A DNA stretch of 63,910 nucleotides, counting the filler, from Folioceros fuciformis (taxonomy: Eukaryota): NCBI GenBank assembly GCA_049999805.1. It is 5 parts of 5 records of this genome, joined end to end, with 100 filler letters (N's around TTAATTAATTAA, not from the genome) between each part and the next. Parts side by side here need not be neighbours in the genome. Positions count along the whole stretch, not along the records: positions 60,536 to 63,910 come from JBNGIO010004203.1; 4 more parts are not named here. The stretch is one strand, 5' to 3'. The notes beneath the pieces are model-generated. The model did no database searches. It was not told the DNA's origin and worked only from the letters and a program-made list of their open reading frames with translations. Below, piece by piece: positions 60,755-63,910 of the stretch. Each line of letters starts with the position of its first letter. The stretch's first letter is position 1. The position numbers and the translations under genes are program-made.

Positions 60755-61560
60755 CTATATTGCTTTAACTATGGATTCTCCCAAGAATCTTAAGTTAGCT
60801 CTTATACTGACCATAGCATTATTATAAACTATTGCTAGTTGTTCAAACTTTTCTAGCTTTTTGGTTTCCAACTCCAACATTTCATTATGTCTCTTCATCT
60901 CGAACCGAACAATCTCATTGTTCTTTTGCAAAATGGAGAGCAACCCTTGAACACTTTTGGAGGTCTTTCTCCTCTTCTTAGGAAAGGCCTCTTTCACAGG
61001 AGAAGTACTTGTATCGTTATTTTGTACATCATAATTTGTATATGTTGTATTTGTTTCATTCGATTCATTAGTTCCATTCAAACCAGTAGTTTCATATAAA
61101 CTAGCATTCTCAAACAGCTAAAATTCCTCTTGGTTTGCAGCACTCTTTGAATTGATGCTAGGTGAATAAAAACAAGCCCTTATGGATTAACAACACGATT
61201 CTTACCACACTAAGAATCGACATGATCATATACAATTTGAAAGAAATTGGTAAGTAGACAATAGCTTGCTCTGGTTTTGGAATCCGTCGCCCAATAGTTG
61301 TCCTTCCCACTCGAAATGGTCTTCTGGTAGTTGTTGATATTTTTGTAATATGTGAAGAGAGCCTCCCACTTGTTTTGGCACTAAGCAGCAGTTTGGGTAA
61401 CACCTTGATCGAGGCACTAGGCTGCAATAGCTGCCCATTGTTGGGCTCCCGTCTTGGTCCACTCTTTGCTCCCTCCAGCTTGATATTTGTCCATGTCATT
61501 CCTTCTTGCTGCCTACAATACTACCAATTTTTCCGTTGTCCAATGCCTTCACGATTTCTT
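60755..61560 (-). pseudogene. Degenerate Myb/SANT-like (trihelix) protein, probably PIF/Harbinger ORF1
   Basis: Minus frame with stops: QQWAAIAA*CLDQGV..CQNKWEAL..YYK.I..YQ..NYW..R..LP.NF..VYD, then a coiled-coil tail. Confidence 0.6.
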
Positions 61561-62242
61561 GGGAGGCCGATGTGACAAGTCTTGTGAGAATGGTTGGCCT
61601 AGATCAGAGTGTGGCTAAGAAAGTGAAACATCAAATGGATTGTCGGGCTATGACAACTCAAATCCATTTCTTGTTGCAGAAGAAGATATGAAATTCGCAC
61701 AAGACATGAATGAGGAAGACATTCTGAAACGTGCATAATTCTACGAAAAAAGCACCATAGAAATGAACGTGAACAAACATGAAACTAAGAACCGGGGAGA
61801 GAGAAGGAAGAGAGAGGTACTTGACTGGCCAAGCCAAAACTTGACCCGAAACTCCAATACCTACCACTAAGAAAAGACCTTGTTCCGTAAACGAGGGAAC
61901 CTAGCCTTGGCTACTTTTTTTGGGTGGCCGAGTAAATCGCATTTTTTCGTTTAGCGTAGCCTGGGTCCGGGTTCAGGCTCACACGAAANNNNNNNNNNNN
62001 NNNNNNNNNNNNNNNNNNNNNNNNNNNNNNNNNNNNNNNNNNNNNNNNNNNNNNNNNNNNNNNNNNNNNNNNNNNNNNNNNNNNNNNNCAATTGGTGTGG
62101 ATCAAGTGTTGCACGATAAACTAATTAATATTGAAGATAAGAGAAAATTACTTTGAACTAAAAACTTTCATAACATCAAAGTTGTATGATGAGAAACTTC
62201 TACATTCTTACATCTTGCTTTATGAAGAACAAAGATCTCTTA

Positions 62243-63560
62243 TTATTTAAGAAAAACAAGATGGGAAACTCATCTACTCCAAGAGAGGGAGATAAACTAT
62301 GATAGGAACACTACAGGCTAACCCCCATGAAGCCTGATGACTACCAATAGCAACAAAAACATCCTGGTCTGGGAGGAGAAAGGGTTTACCTACCACTAGA
62401 GTTGTTGACGCCGCCTCTCCTACCAACATTGTTGTCTTGTATATGGCATTGACTAACGCTTGTTGTAGAGCAATGAAAACCCTTTACTGAAAAAACACTA
62501 CAATATACAAAAGAGGAAGACCAAGCCCATTTTTCGTGTTGTGAACCACCTTGGCGCAACACTTCAAAAACTTGGAAAATGCCTTGCACATGGCCTCGTG
62601 GGTCTCAATGGCAAGGGAATAAAGGTGTGTCCAAGTTATATAAGGGAGTAGTTATGAATCTTGGCCAATGCAATCCCCTCTGCCGCCCAACTCAAGAAGT
62701 TGAGGACGACATGCTCATAGACCACGACCAATGTGGAGTCAATTATGACCACATCACCAATAGAAACTTGCTGATCTCCCTGGATGAGGAAAAGGTCAAC
62801 CTGAAAAGAAACACTATTAAGTAGAGTATATGGACACTCCATGAAGGGTAGAAAGGCAACCTCCTTGGCCAACAAAAACAGAACATATCGCATGACATTG
62901 TGTATAGCAATTTGTTAACCCCCAACTGCGCAATTGGCAAGATGAGTACCAAAGTTGTCTAATGGTACCCCGCAAATGTAAGAGGAGAGAGAGAAAGCAT
63001 AAGGTTGGACCAACCCAAGGGGAAACCTCATCGCAATAGAGAATGTGGTTGGTGCGATTCAGAAAGCCTAAATGCTAGGTTGAGCCAAGAGCCAAGAGTG
63101 CCTTTTCTTGAGCACGAACAGAGCCACACGCAAACGGGCATGGGAATAGAAGAATCTTGAAGATGATTGAGTTGCAACCTGCTCTTATTTCTTCTTGAGA
63201 AGAGAAGATTGGAGCCCCCCACTTCCCACTGCAAGAAGAGATGAAAATTGAGGCATAGCAATCCTAGCCGCAAAAGAAAGAGAGTCCCTAACCGATGTTA
63301 GAGACGCCTGCAAAGGGAGGGCACCCTTCGTAACACCAAGGACGAAAGATTCCAAAATATAGGCATCACAAATGAGGAAAAAGGGAAACCAAAATAGGAG
63401 CCAAAAGAGTCCAAGAAATGCCATTGGTACCAATATCTTCATCTTCAGCAAACTTATGCCTCCAAACAAGGAAGAGATGGTTGTCACCTTACAAGGTCCC
63501 CTACATGACACTCAAAAGTACCACAGCCGATTATATCACCAAAAACCTGGATGATCCTAT
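62243..63560 (-). mobile_element. Degenerate L1-like LINE, 3' region
   Basis: LSFAARIA and VWLCSCSRKGTLG resemble L1 'LS..GR' and 'W..C.PK..GGLG' motifs; the terminal 200 bp match 21395-21600. Confidence 0.5.
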
Positions 63561-63910
63561 TGTCAAGGCTCCTTAAGCTTGTTAAGGATGTCAAAGAGAA
63601 GGAGATCGTCCAGAGAGGGGCACCGTCCAGAGAGAGAGATCGTCCTGAGAGAGGGACCGTCTAGGAAAGGGAACCGTCCAGAGAAGATACCATGGACGAT
63701 GAGGAAGTGATTTTTTCACCTAAGAAGACCAGAGGAGGCAAATCCCGCAAAAGCAAACCAAACCTTGCACTTACAAAACTTTATCTTCAGAATAGTATGA
63801 GCTAACTCTAAGGAAAAAGCTTTAAAACTTCCTTTGCGCAATCATGTGGCCCCAATATGTAAGTATCGCCCGCCACAAAGGGATAAAAGCAATTAGAAAT
63901 TGACGAGGCA

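Overview
Eukaryotic nuclear DNA from a land plant, not a prokaryote. Short GT-AG introns (~70-200 nt), high gene density, a PTB/PiT phosphate transporter and a DYW:KP PPR gene ending in -DRH point to a seed-free plant, most likely a hornwort (inference). The window is a scaffold with N gaps; four contain an artificial TTAATTAATTAA spacer, so adjacency across them is unproven. Positions 1-35.1 kb hold ten host genes: a HAESA/HSL-type LRR receptor kinase (5' truncated), a PLP class-V aminotransferase, a PTB/PiT transporter, MYB4R1/SNAPC4, PAM71/GDT1, ribosomal P1, DUF1068, a RING-CH E3 ligase, FKGP (apparently frameshifted) and an unassigned coiled-coil gene. Positions 40-43.5 kb hold the PPR-DYW:KP gene and a MAPR/MSBP gene. 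Positions 44-64 kb are mostly decayed transposons: a MULE with intact TIRs and TSD, an RLE-type LINE scrap, Copia, Gypsy with a PHD finger, a trihelix/Harbinger-like relic and an L1-like LINE. The most notable items are (1) the candidate U-to-C RNA-editing PPR carrying an OSB-type PDF ssDNA-binding motif, (2) a Gypsy integrase ending in a PHD finger, (3) a PiT transporter with altered transport signatures and an upstream P1BS site, and (4) a Copia LTR flanked by both PPT and PBS, with an extra ORF before gag. All homology calls come from motif recognition by eye; no searches were run.
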